Below, piece after piece: positions 28,804-37,455 of a DNA stretch of 64,000 bases (position 1 is the stretch's first letter; each line of letters begins with the position of its first letter). Below the pieces are notes generated by a model that saw nothing but the letters and a program-made list of their open reading frames with translations, made no database searches and was not told the DNA's origin. This DNA comes from Pseudomonadota bacterium. GTDB taxonomy: Bacteria; Campylobacterota; Campylobacteria; Campylobacterales; Sulfurimonadaceae. The position numbers and the translations under genes were made by a program. Location of the stretch: NCBI GenBank assembly GCA_043797085.1, contig JAZDQA010000008.1, positions 96,001 through 160,000 on the forward strand, read 5' to 3'.

Positions 28804-31389
28804 ATGCGGAATCTTAATCTTACCAAACAGCTTTTTTTGATCATTAGTGCTTTTATTTTGTTTGCCGTCGTTTTTATGACGTTTCATCTCTATTATCAAA
28901 CTTCTTCACTCATTGAAAAACGTGCGATAAGCCGCTCGAAATCTCTTCAAACTTACTTTATGTCGATGCGGTACATTTATCATAATCAGTTTTTAAACAG
29001 CGGATTGGAGTTAAACGATTCTACGGTCGGTTTTTTACCCGCTCATGCGGCATCGTTTATCAGCGATGAATTTTCCAAACGGACCCAAGATGGTATTTCG
29101 ATACGCAATGTCTCTGACCGTCCTCGCAATCCTACCAATATGGCCGATTCGGACGAATTGAGAGCGATGAAAGCTTTCGAACAAAATCCTGAGCTCAAAG
29201 AGCGCTTTACGAACATCCGCCAAAACAATCAAGACTATTTTTTTTATGCCGCACCTATCAAAATCGAACCTTATTGCATTCAGTGTCACGGAAAAAAAGA
29301 GGAAGTTCTCCCCTACATCGCCGGTCGATATGAAACCGCATATAATTATAAGGTAGGAGATATTCGAGGCATCACCAGTATCAAAATCCCGAAACAATTA
29401 ATTGCAAAAGAGACACTATCGATCTTTTGGACAGAAACCATTCTCAATTTGGCAATCATAGCACTGCTATTGGGGATGATTTACTATGTAATTCGTTTGT
29501 TCACACGACGAGATATCGAATACAAGCATCTGTTAGAAGAAGAAGTTCGTAATCGTACCGCAGATCTCGAAGAGACTGCAAAGAAACTTGAAGAATCAAA
29601 TCGCTATCAGCAGCATTTATTCTCGATTCTCCGCACGGTTGCTGATAGCAACAAAATTCTCATCACAACTCAATCACTTGAAGAGCTAATCGAAAAAACA
29701 GCACAGTGTTTAGAAGAGAATCCCTCTTTCTCTATAGTTCGGATCTCTTTGCTGGAAAATGAACATTTGAATCTAAAGGTTTTATTCGGGCTTGAAGTTG
29801 ATTGGGATATCCTGCCGATTGAAAAGAGTGTTTTGAATACCAATCAGCCTTCAATAATCAGCGATTTTTCATCAACTGTATCCGAAACGTGTAGGGTAAA
29901 CGTAGAGAGATTTCAGATTACGGGAATGTATGTTTCACCGTTGAGAAAAGACTATTACGCATCTGAAGCGTTCGGTGTCATGATGATTTGCACGACACAA
30001 CCGGGCGGTTTTACGGATGAAGAGGGTGCAATGATCGATGAACTCTCCGGAGATTTAGGCTTTGCCATCAATTCCTTTTATCAACGAGAAGATATTGTCA
30101 AACTTTCTTATTTTGATCCATTGACCGATTTGCCAAACCGTAGGCTGTTTATTGAACGATTGACTCATGCTATGCTCACCAGTGCACGGACGTTACAATA
30201 CGCAGGTTTGCTATTCATCGATTTAGATCATTTTAAAGGGGTTAATGATTTAAAAGGGCACTATGCCGGTGATAGTGTTTTAAAAATGATGGCTCAGCGA
30301 TTGTTGAGTGTTTTACGGCAAAACGATATTATCGCACGTTTTGGCGGAGATGAATTTGTCGTATTGATAGAGAATTTAGGAAAAACACAACACGAAGCGG
30401 CATTATCAGTTCAAGCAACCGTGACAAAAATTCTTGAGGTATCCAAAGAACCATTTATAATTGACGATCAATTGTTTTATCTAAGTGCTAGTGTCGGTAT
30501 CGTGTTGTTTTATGATGATGAATATACGATGGATCAATTATTCACGTATGCAGACAGTGCTATGTATGCCGCAAAAAATAGTGGACGAAATACTGCCCGT
30601 TTTTATGATTCAGCGTTACAAGAGACGATGAGTGCACAAGTAAAGTTGATACAAGATTTATGTATCTCTATGTCTAATAATGATTTTTATTTAGTCTATC
30701 AAGAGCAGGTTAATAATGAAGGTGATACGGTTGGAGTCGAAGCGCTGATCCGATGGCAGCATCCAAACAAAGGGATCATATCGCCTCTTGAATTTATTCC
30801 GATTGCTGAAACTTCCGGATTAATCATTCCTTTGGGAGGGTGGATAATGCATCAAGCAATTTGGCAGCTTGTGAACTGGAAAAATGATCCGATTAAACAA
30901 CATTGGCGTATCTCAGTCAATGTCAGCCCTAAGCAGTTTGAAGAAGAGGATTTTGTTCCTAAACTGCAACGATTAATGGAAGAAATACCATTTACAGCAT
31001 CTCAACTCCGTCTCGAACTGACTGAGGGGTTGTTGATTCAAAATGCACAAAAAGCGATGGATAAAATCAACATACTTAAAAGCCTTGGGTATACATTATC
31101 GATTGATGATTTCGGAACCGGTTATTCGAGTTTATCGTATCTAAAAAATCTTCCGATTGATGAACTCAAGATCGATCAATCATTTATCAAAGCTCTCTCA
31201 ACCAGTGATTCGGATAAAACAATTGTACAAACGGTTATTACGATGGGGCATACATTTGGATTGGAAGTCATCGCCGAAGGGGTTGAAACGGCTGAGCAAT
31301 GTGAAATACTCAAAGCGATGGGATGCGATATTTACCAAGGCTATCTTTTCAGTCGACCTCAGAAAGCAGAATATTACAATGTGGTGTGA
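28804..31389 (+). CDS. DUF3365 (c-heme CxxCH) sensor-GAF-GGDEF-EAL protein
   Basis: Two TM segments; VSDRPRNP.N; CIQCH; RFGGDEF; VEALIRW; IDDFGTGYSSL. Confidence 0.88.
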   Translation: MRNLNLTKQLFLIISAFILFAVVFMTFHLYYQTSSLIEKRAISRSKSLQTYFMSMRYIYHNQFLNSGLELNDSTVGFLPAHAASFISDEFSKRTQDGISIRNVSDRPRNPTNMADSDELRAMKAFEQNPELKERFTNIRQNNQDYFFYAAPIKIEPYCIQCHGKKEEVLPYIAGRYETAYNYKVGDIRGITSIKIPKQLIAKETLSIFWTETILNLAIIALLLGMIYYVIRLFTRRDIEYKHLLEEEVRNRTADLEETAKKLEESNRYQQHLFSILRTVADSNKILITTQSLEELIEKTAQCLEENPSFSIVRISLLENEHLNLKVLFGLEVDWDILPIEKSVLNTNQPSIISDFSSTVSETCRVNVERFQITGMYVSPLRKDYYASEAFGVMMICTTQPGGFTDEEGAMIDELSGDLGFAINSFYQREDIVKLSYFDPLTDLPNRRLFIERLTHAMLTSARTLQYAGLLFIDLDHFKGVNDLKGHYAGDSVLKMMAQRLLSVLRQNDIIARFGGDEFVVLIENLGKTQHEAALSVQATVTKILEVSKEPFIIDDQLFYLSASVGIVLFYDDEYTMDQLFTYADSAMYAAKNSGRNTARFYDSALQETMSAQVKLIQDLCISMSNNDFYLVYQEQVNNEGDTVGVEALIRWQHPNKGIISPLEFIPIAETSGLIIPLGGWIMHQAIWQLVNWKNDPIKQHWRISVNVSPKQFEEEDFVPKLQRLMEEIPFTASQLRLELTEGLLIQNAQKAMDKINILKSLGYTLSIDDFGTGYSSLSYLKNLPIDELKIDQSFIKALSTSDSDKTIVQTVITMGHTFGLEVIAEGVETAEQCEILKAMGCDIYQGYLFSRPQKAEYYNVV

Positions 31390-31426
31390 TTTGGAAGTGT
31401 AACCTAAGAGAGTGTGAATAAGTTTC

Positions 31427-31460
31427 TCATCCCATACTTTATGCTAGATACGGGATGACG
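31427..31460. terminator. Hairpin between convergent genes, probably a degenerate CGTC-family element
   Basis: TCATCCCATA-N12-TACGGGATGA followed by CG; the end GGGATGACGGAG resembles GGGAATGACGGAG at 12844. Confidence 0.45.
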
Positions 31461-31467
31461 GAGGTGG

Positions 31468-32028
31468 TTATACAGCTCCGAAAGCAAGTTTTCCTTGAGC
31501 GGTTTGAGATGCTTTAATCTCTTCGTAGGTTTTATCGGCAAGACGAAGATTTGTACGTTTGAGCTCATTACAGACGGTATCGATTTTTTCTTTGTCTGAC
31601 AATTTTTTCAAATCACCTTTTGAGAGATCAGCGTAATCGATGACTTCATTCCAAACAGAGCTTTCATCGAGTGCATACATGTAGAAAGTGATTCCTTCGT
31701 AAACAATTTTACCTTTTCCATTAATATCAGAGATAAAGAGAAGATATTTTCCCTCTGGAGTCAAATACTCTTTGTATTTTGCAACAAATCCTTCGAACAG
31801 GTTAATCGTAGGGAGTTCACACGCTAAAAAGTCGATAGTGTCGCTGTTAGTAGCGAGCAAGACTTGTTTGACAATCTCTTTAGGAGGAAGCGTGTTTTCT
31901 GATGAGATCACTTTACCCTCAGTCACGATGAGGCATCCACGATAGGCGTAGTTGTACGATTCAGTTTTGCCGTTGAATACGATCATCCACTCTAATTTGT
32001 TTTCGGCGATATAGTCTTGAATTGACAT
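31468..32028 (-). CDS. Hypothetical protein
   Basis: ORF with AAAGGA RBS before ATG 32028; no recognised motif. Confidence 0.72.
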   Translation of the reverse strand: MSIQDYIAENKLEWMIVFNGKTESYNYAYRGCLIVTEGKVISSENTLPPKEIVKQVLLATNSDTIDFLACELPTINLFEGFVAKYKEYLTPEGKYLLFISDINGKGKIVYEGITFYMYALDESSVWNEVIDYADLSKGDLKKLSDKEKIDTVCNELKRTNLRLADKTYEEIKASQTAQGKLAFGAV

Positions 32029-32060
32029 GGGGGTCCTTTGGGTTTGTATAATCAAGTCAA

Positions 32061-32075
32061 TACAATTATTGTTCT
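32061..32075 (-). promoter_or_regulatory. Weaker sigma54-like motif (GT instead of GC at -12)
   Basis: AG-AACAATAATT-GT-A, 32 nt before ATG 32028. Confidence 0.45.
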
Positions 32076-32082
32076 AGCTTTT

Positions 32083-32097
32083 CGTATGATAATTGCA
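32083..32097 (+). promoter_or_regulatory. Non-canonical sigma54-like motif for AAA+/VWA pair 2
   Basis: CG-TATGATAATT-GC-A; nearly identical to 36546-36560. Confidence 0.55.
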
Positions 32098-32111
32098 TTC
32101 CTTTGATTGTG

Positions 32112-32145
32112 AACGCCATCGGAATACATCCCGATTGGCTACGCT
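32112..32145 (-). repeat. 34-bp GTAG-tagged palindromic repeat (REP-like)
   Basis: Reverse complement AGCGTAGCCAATCGGGATGTATTCCGATGGCGTT; 32/34 identical to 36637-36670. Confidence 0.8.
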
Positions 32146-32208
32146 TGCCGCTATGGCACTGAAGCTTGCCTCATTCGAGGCAGAATATTTTCTGTATGAA
32201 GGAATAGA

Positions 32209-33204
32209 ATGAACCCTCAAAGTGCCAAACGATCCCTTGCTCATCTATGTGAACGTAAAGTTCCCGTCTTTTTATGGGGACCTCCGGGAATCGGTAAATC
32301 CTCTATTGTCGCTCAGATTGCACGTGAAGCGGGGATCGGCTTTATTGATTTGCGTCTCTCACTCCTCGATCCGACTGATTTACGCGGTATCCCTTTTTTT
32401 AACGCCAAAAACGACACAGCGATTTGGGCACCTCCCGCATTTTTACCGGATGGTCGTGAGGAAAAAGGGATATTGTTTCTCGATGAGCTCAACACTGCCG
32501 CACCGATGGTTCAAGCCTCTGCATATCAGTTAATATTAGACCGTAAAATCGGTGAATACAGACTTCCTGATGGATGGGCGATTATCGCTGCAGGGAATCG
32601 TGAGAGCGATCGAGGGGTGGTATTTCGCATGGCGGCACCGCTAGCAAACCGTTTTGTTCATTTGGAGATGGAGGCAAATGTGGCGGATTGGCGAAAATGG
32701 GCGATAGGTGCAGGGATAGAGCCTTCGATTATTGCGTATATCTCCCACCGTCCGGATGCACTGTTCGTCTTTAACTCAGAGAGCCGATCGTTTGCAACTC
32801 CTCGAACGTGGGCGTATGTACATGATATCATGGCTTCCAATCCTGAGGAAGATTTGGTGATGCCGATGGTTTCGGGGGCGATTGGGGAAGAGCTTGCCGC
32901 CTCGTATCTTGGATTTCGTCTCGTTGCCTCACAGTTACCTGATTTGGATGCGATACTGGAAGGGACATGCAGTGATGTTCCCACTGACCCCTCGGCATTG
33001 CACATTCTCTCTACGGCACTTACTATGCGGGTTAATGATTACACGGGGAATAAGAAGCTCAACAACCTTATCACCTATACGTTGAAACTTCCCGGTGAGT
33101 TTGCTGTAATGATTATCCAAGACCTCAGAGCACGTAAAATCGAACTCGACCATGTTGAGAGCTGGCCGTTGTGGATGCGCCAGTTTAATACACTGCTACG
33201 ATAA
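32209..33204 (+). CDS. MoxR-like/AAA_5 AAA+ ATPase (copy 2)
   Basis: WGPPGIGKS, DLRGIP, LFLDELN, AGNR, LANRF, FATPRTW. Confidence 0.88.
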   Translation: MNPQSAKRSLAHLCERKVPVFLWGPPGIGKSSIVAQIAREAGIGFIDLRLSLLDPTDLRGIPFFNAKNDTAIWAPPAFLPDGREEKGILFLDELNTAAPMVQASAYQLILDRKIGEYRLPDGWAIIAAGNRESDRGVVFRMAAPLANRFVHLEMEANVADWRKWAIGAGIEPSIIAYISHRPDALFVFNSESRSFATPRTWAYVHDIMASNPEEDLVMPMVSGAIGEELAASYLGFRLVASQLPDLDAILEGTCSDVPTDPSALHILSTALTMRVNDYTGNKKLNNLITYTLKLPGEFAVMIIQDLRARKIELDHVESWPLWMRQFNTLLR

Positions 33205-34352
33205 TGTCGCACGAAGAACTTCTTTTACGGGCAAAAAGCCTTTTGAATGTGAAATATCCCTATTTCGGGATGCTGGCTTCACGGTTGCAACATGAACCAA
33301 GCGACACCGTATCAGGATATGCGAGTAATGGAAAACGGTTTATCTACAATGTCCAATTTTTGGAGCGTAGAAACGTCGAGGATGTGATGTTTATCCTCAC
33401 GAATGCCGTGATGCACCATGTCCTCTCCCATCAGCAGAGAAAACTCAATCGCAAAGGTAAGTTATGGCAGTTAGCGACCGACTACGCCATCAACAATCTC
33501 CTTTCCAAAAGCGGTCTGCATATCCCTATTGGGGCAAATTACAACAAAGAATACGAAGGTATGTACGCCGAAGAGATTTACGATGCACTTAAAAATGATG
33601 TAAATATTGGCGAGGGTGATGCCTTCGGTGAAAGTGGTGACAGTGCCCCCGAAGCTTCCACGATGGAGCAAGAGGATGATGACTCGTCAGGTTTTGCCAA
33701 TATTGACGGTATCGCGGATGAGCTTGACACCCAAGATGAATTGCAATGGCAATACGCCGCCTCGATCGCTCAGGAAGTAGCACAGCGTAAGGGATCTATG
33801 CCGTTGGGATTGGAGCGATTGGGGAAAAAGGTGAAGCCCAGCGATGTTGATTGGCGATTTGAACTTTATAATGCCGTCAACCGCCACATGCGCAACAACT
33901 ACGCCTTTATGCCTCCGAACAAAAAACATATCCATCGCGGAATAGCACTTCCATCCCTCACCAGTGATACTCTCAGTCTTTGTGTAGCCGTTGATACTTC
34001 CGGATCAATCGACGATCAGCTTTTGGGGGCATTTATGGAGGAGTTTAAAACCATCATGCAAAACTTTCCTTCCGTCAAAATCGAACTCATCATCGCCGAT
34101 GCCAAGGTGCATGCTCATCATACCTTCCAAGGGGGAGAACGGATGGATTTCGCGCTCAAAGGAGGAGGCGGAACCGATTATCGCCCGACGTTTGATTATG
34201 TCGAAGCGAATTTGCCGATGACGACAATGTTGTTGTATTTCACCGACGGGGAAGGGTCGTTTCCGCGTATTCCTCCAAATTATGAAGTGCTGTGGGCACT
34301 CTCACGAAAAGCAAAAGTTCCATTTGGACGGGGGATGGTAATTTTTAGTTAA
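33204..34352 (+). CDS. DUF2201-type metallopeptidase-like/VWA protein (copy 2)
   Basis: W.LATDYAIN, VDWR..L, MIDAS VDTSGSI, GGGGTDY.P, FTDG; HExxH position reads NAVMH. Confidence 0.85.
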   Translation: MSHEELLLRAKSLLNVKYPYFGMLASRLQHEPSDTVSGYASNGKRFIYNVQFLERRNVEDVMFILTNAVMHHVLSHQQRKLNRKGKLWQLATDYAINNLLSKSGLHIPIGANYNKEYEGMYAEEIYDALKNDVNIGEGDAFGESGDSAPEASTMEQEDDDSSGFANIDGIADELDTQDELQWQYAASIAQEVAQRKGSMPLGLERLGKKVKPSDVDWRFELYNAVNRHMRNNYAFMPPNKKHIHRGIALPSLTSDTLSLCVAVDTSGSIDDQLLGAFMEEFKTIMQNFPSVKIELIIADAKVHAHHTFQGGERMDFALKGGGGTDYRPTFDYVEANLPMTTMLLYFTDGEGSFPRIPPNYEVLWALSRKAKVPFGRGMVIFS

Positions 34353-34576
34353 AGATGATCGCTGTAATCGCAAGACCCATCGATCTCATGCATCTCTTTT
34401 ACTGATTTTTTCAAATCTGCTGCATATTGGGCCAAGAGCATGGCATCAACTTCACAATCCGCTGCGATAGCTATGATTTCGCTACTAGTGATGTCAGGGG
34501 AGCGTAGGCGTGCGAACTGATCGGCTGTGATGTTGATGTGAAATATTTTGTCGATGGAGTGAAGGGTGAGAATCAT
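34349..34576 (-). CDS. Hypothetical protein
   Basis: Coupled (ATGA overlap) to the upstream ORF. Confidence 0.6.
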   Translation of the reverse strand: MILTLHSIDKIFHINITADQFARLRSPDITSSEIIAIAADCEVDAMLLAQYAADLKKSVKEMHEIDGSCDYSDHL

Positions 34577-35058
34577 CCCTCCATGCTCCGTAATGCGGTG
34601 TTAATCTGCTCTAATGCCAGAGACTTGGCATTTTCTACCTCTTTGTTATCCCACCAGTATTCGATGATAGCGTGTTCAATCTGTTCGATTTGCTCCATAC
34701 GTAAGTTGACAAAAACTTCATTCGTGTTGATTTCATCGGGGCTGAGTCCTTTGGAAGCGGCAATTTTATTCAGCGTTTCGACGATGCTTTTTTCGAGCGG
34801 TTTTGGGGTGCTTTCTTCACGGGCGTGATCGATCCATGCGCGAATTTCGTCCTCTAGGTAATCATGTCCCCACACCTGATAACACAAAATACGATTTGGC
34901 GTATAGATGATAGTGTGATCTTCACTCAATACGTCAGAGGATTTGACATTTCCGTCGTAGATATAGACTTCCAGACGTTCATTGTCGCGCAGGGTGCAGG
35001 CTTGTTCAAAAGCCGCTCGGGCGTGTTTTAGCACTTCGCTTTTTAGATTTTCATTCAT
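34573..35058 (-). CDS. Hypothetical protein
   Basis: AGGAG RBS; 161 aa; no recognised motif. Confidence 0.72.
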   Translation of the reverse strand: MNENLKSEVLKHARAAFEQACTLRDNERLEVYIYDGNVKSSDVLSEDHTIIYTPNRILCYQVWGHDYLEDEIRAWIDHAREESTPKPLEKSIVETLNKIAASKGLSPDEINTNEVFVNLRMEQIEQIEHAIIEYWWDNKEVENAKSLALEQINTALRSMEG

Positions 35059-35067
35059 AGTGACTCC

Positions 35068-35289
35068 TTAAGATACTTTTGCATTATGATAGTCCCATAG
35101 CCGTTTGTAATGGCTGTCGAGCTCAGATAGGGTTGAATCGACGGTGATGAGTTCATTGGTACGATCAAATCGTTTATTGTTGGTCTCATACCAGTTTTCC
35201 ATCTCTATTTTGAGAACATTGCGCTTCGCAGCAGTTTGGGCGATGAGTTGACGTATCTCTTCCATCTCTGAGGTGATGATATATTCCAT
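35068..35289 (-). CDS. Hypothetical coiled-coil protein
   Basis: 73 aa helical ORF, first gene of a three-gene minus-strand unit. Confidence 0.68.
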   Translation of the reverse strand: MEYIITSEMEEIRQLIAQTAAKRNVLKIEMENWYETNNKRFDRTNELITVDSTLSELDSHYKRLWDYHNAKVS

Positions 35290-35324
35290 GTTGGACTCTT
35301 CGTGTATGTAATTAACAGCACTTA

Positions 35325-35339
35325 TGCATTTTTTATTCT
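35325..35339 (-). promoter_or_regulatory. Non-canonical sigma54-like motif for the three-hypothetical operon
   Basis: AG-AATAAAAAAT-GC-A, 35 nt before the ATG. Confidence 0.5.
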
Positions 35340-35346
35340 TTAGGTG

Positions 35347-35361
35347 TGAACAACAATTGCA
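35347..35361 (+). promoter_or_regulatory. Non-canonical sigma54-like motif for the Sel1-NifU_C/TOBE unit
   Basis: TG-AACAACAATT-GC-A, 37 nt before ATG 35399. Confidence 0.62.
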
Positions 35362-35398
35362 ATGGTTCTCTTAATAAGAGTAAAAATAGGGAGTGACC

Positions 35399-36127
35399 AT
35401 GGAAGAAGAGACATTGATGCAACAAGCGATTAAAGCCTACGATGCGAAAGATTTTATGAGTGCAAAAGCGATTTGGGAATCTCTTGGTGACTCTAACACG
35501 AATGCCATGGTCAATCTGGGAACAATGTATGTCAAAGGATTCGGGATGCCTAAAAACATCCATAAGGCATACGAGCTGTTTGAACGTGCGGCATCCTTGG
35601 GACATGAAACGGCTGCATTTTATCTGGGCGGCATGTATGAAAACGGCATCGGTGTCACTGCAAATTTGGAAGAATCGATTCGTCATTATACGGTAGCGGC
35701 AGAGGCCAATATGGCAACGGCACAGCTGAAACTTGGAATTTTACTCCGTAATGATGATGTTTTGAACTCGATGAAATGGATGATTAAAGCGGCACATGCA
35801 GGAGAAGCGCAAGCCCATTCACTGTTGACCTACGTGAGCAACCAAAATGAAGATAACGACATAAATGTCACATTTCGGATGATGGATCTCTCCTCTCAGC
35901 GTGCCAAAGTTGAAACCGTTATTAGTGAAAATCTCGGACCCATCCTTGCAAGCGACGGCGGCGGAGTCGAGTTGGTCAACTACGTAAGCGGTGATACTCC
36001 TGAAATATGGCTCCGATATTTGGGTGCATGTTCAGGATGTCATTTGGGACCAACCTCGACAGCGGGGATGATACTTGAGCAGTTTGAAAACGTTATCGAT
36101 AAAAGAATTGTTATTTATCTTTGGTAA
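35399..36127 (+). CDS. Sel1-repeat protein fused to a NifU_C/NfuA-type Fe-S carrier domain
   Basis: AMVNLGTMYVKGFG, AAFYLGGMYENGIGV repeats; PILASDGGGVELV...RYLGACSGC. Confidence 0.85.
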   Translation: MEEETLMQQAIKAYDAKDFMSAKAIWESLGDSNTNAMVNLGTMYVKGFGMPKNIHKAYELFERAASLGHETAAFYLGGMYENGIGVTANLEESIRHYTVAAEANMATAQLKLGILLRNDDVLNSMKWMIKAAHAGEAQAHSLLTYVSNQNEDNDINVTFRMMDLSSQRAKVETVISENLGPILASDGGGVELVNYVSGDTPEIWLRYLGACSGCHLGPTSTAGMILEQFENVIDKRIVIYLW

Positions 36128-36139
36128 TAGGAGTCTATT

Positions 36140-36592
36140 ATGAACTCATTTCCGGCATACGTGGAAGAGATAAAAAGTGATCAATTTTTTAGCTGCATCA
36201 CCGTTCGCACAAAAGAGACGGTCTTAAAACTTCTCAAAACCGAAGTACCTAAATGGCTAAAAATCGGTGATGAGGTGGAATGCCGTATCCAAGAAGCAGC
36301 GATTTCACTGTGTACGGGAGCCAAAGAGGGAAGTGTTTCGATTGAAAATCATCTCTCAGGTGAATTGCAACATTTTCGTAAGGGTTTGGTTTTGAGTGAA
36401 GTGAGCGTGGAAACACCTTGCGGGATTATGAATTCGCTTATTACCACGGATGCGTTTGATCGGATGGAGTTATGCGAGGGGTGCAGTGTAACATTGTTGC
36501 TTAAAGCGGTGGATATAAAACTTCTTCCCGTATTGGACTCCACCTCGTATGAAAATTGCAAAGACAAATTATATCAATTGAAAAATAGATAA
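36140..36592 (+). CDS. Tandem TOBE/Mop molybdate-binding-like protein
   Basis: VSIENHLSG.L, SLITTDA..RMEL.EG..V..L.KA.DI pattern. Confidence 0.75.
   Translation: MNSFPAYVEEIKSDQFFSCITVRTKETVLKLLKTEVPKWLKIGDEVECRIQEAAISLCTGAKEGSVSIENHLSGELQHFRKGLVLSEVSVETPCGIMNSLITTDAFDRMELCEGCSVTLLLKAVDIKLLPVLDSTSYENCKDKLYQLKNR
36546..36560 (+). promoter_or_regulatory. Non-canonical sigma54-like motif for the fdx-nifX-fdx operon (inside the 3' end of the TOBE gene)
   Basis: CG-TATGAAAATT-GC-A. Confidence 0.55.
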
Positions 36593-36636
36593 AGCACTTA
36601 AGTGCGCGGGCTCTCTGCCGAAGAGAACTTAGCGTT

Positions 36637-36670
36637 AGCGTAGCCAATCGGGACGTGTTCCGATGGCGTT
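36637..36670 (+). repeat. 34-bp GTAG-tagged palindromic repeat, second copy
   Basis: AGCGTAGCCAATCGGGACGTGTTCCGATGGCGTT. Confidence 0.8.
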
Positions 36671-36697
36671 TTATAAAAATATACCAAGGAGTCTATT

Positions 36698-37072
36698 ATG
36701 GCTGTAATGATTACTGATTTATGTATTAACTGTGACGCGTGTATCGACGAGTGTCCCGTAGCGGCAATCGCAAGTGAGGGTGATTCACCGCGTGATGATT
36801 GGGAATATACCTACGTCAAACCGGAAAAATGTATCGAGTGTGTCGGTCATGCTGAAGTTCCTGCGTGTGCAGCCGCCTGTCCTACGGAAGAGTGTATCGT
36901 GTGGGATATGCCGTATACGGCTGAGTTTAATGATTATTATGTGAACAGTTCGGATTATGCGATTGGTTCGAGCAAAAAACGAGGATTGCTTTCTCCGGAA
37001 GTCTCTCCTCAAACGTTCCGTGATGATATTTCGATTGAAATGCGTCAAGCACGTGAAGCGGTAGCCGTCTAA
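36698..37072 (+). CDS. 2[4Fe-4S] ferredoxin (FdxN/YfhL-like) with C-terminal extension
   Basis: CINCDACIDECP and CIECVGH....ACAAACP. Confidence 0.9.
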   Translation: MAVMITDLCINCDACIDECPVAAIASEGDSPRDDWEYTYVKPEKCIECVGHAEVPACAAACPTEECIVWDMPYTAEFNDYYVNSSDYAIGSSKKRGLLSPEVSPQTFRDDISIEMRQAREAVAV

Positions 37073-37453
37073 ATGTTAATCGCGTTCGCTTCATCGGATG
37101 GAATCTCTGTCAATCAACATTTTGGATGGTCGAAGAGTTTTGAGCTGTATCGTGTCACGCAAGAGACAGCCGAGTTTATCAAAACACTCGACAGCTCCCA
37201 AGACGCGATCGAAGACGAACACGAAAAGCTGGCGTACAAAATCGGGACGGTAAAAGAAGCAGATATCATGTTTTGCTCCCAAATCGGTCCGACGGCGTCG
37301 AAGATGGTGTTGGCTTCCAAAATTTATCCGATGCGTTCGGCAGAAAATGAACTTATTGAGGAAGCAATCAAAAAACTTCAAGAGTTATTATTGGGCAATC
37401 CGCCGCCGTGGTTGTTGCGAATTGTACACACAACAAAAGATAAGGAGATTTAA
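37073..37453 (+). CDS. nifX: NifX/NifB/NafY-family FeMo-cofactor-binding protein (NifX-like)
   Basis: IAFASSDG..VNQHFG, IG..A...V, LQELL.GNPPPWLLR. Confidence 0.75.
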   Translation: MLIAFASSDGISVNQHFGWSKSFELYRVTQETAEFIKTLDSSQDAIEDEHEKLAYKIGTVKEADIMFCSQIGPTASKMVLASKIYPMRSAENELIEEAIKKLQELLLGNPPPWLLRIVHTTKDKEI

Positions 37454-37455
37454 TT

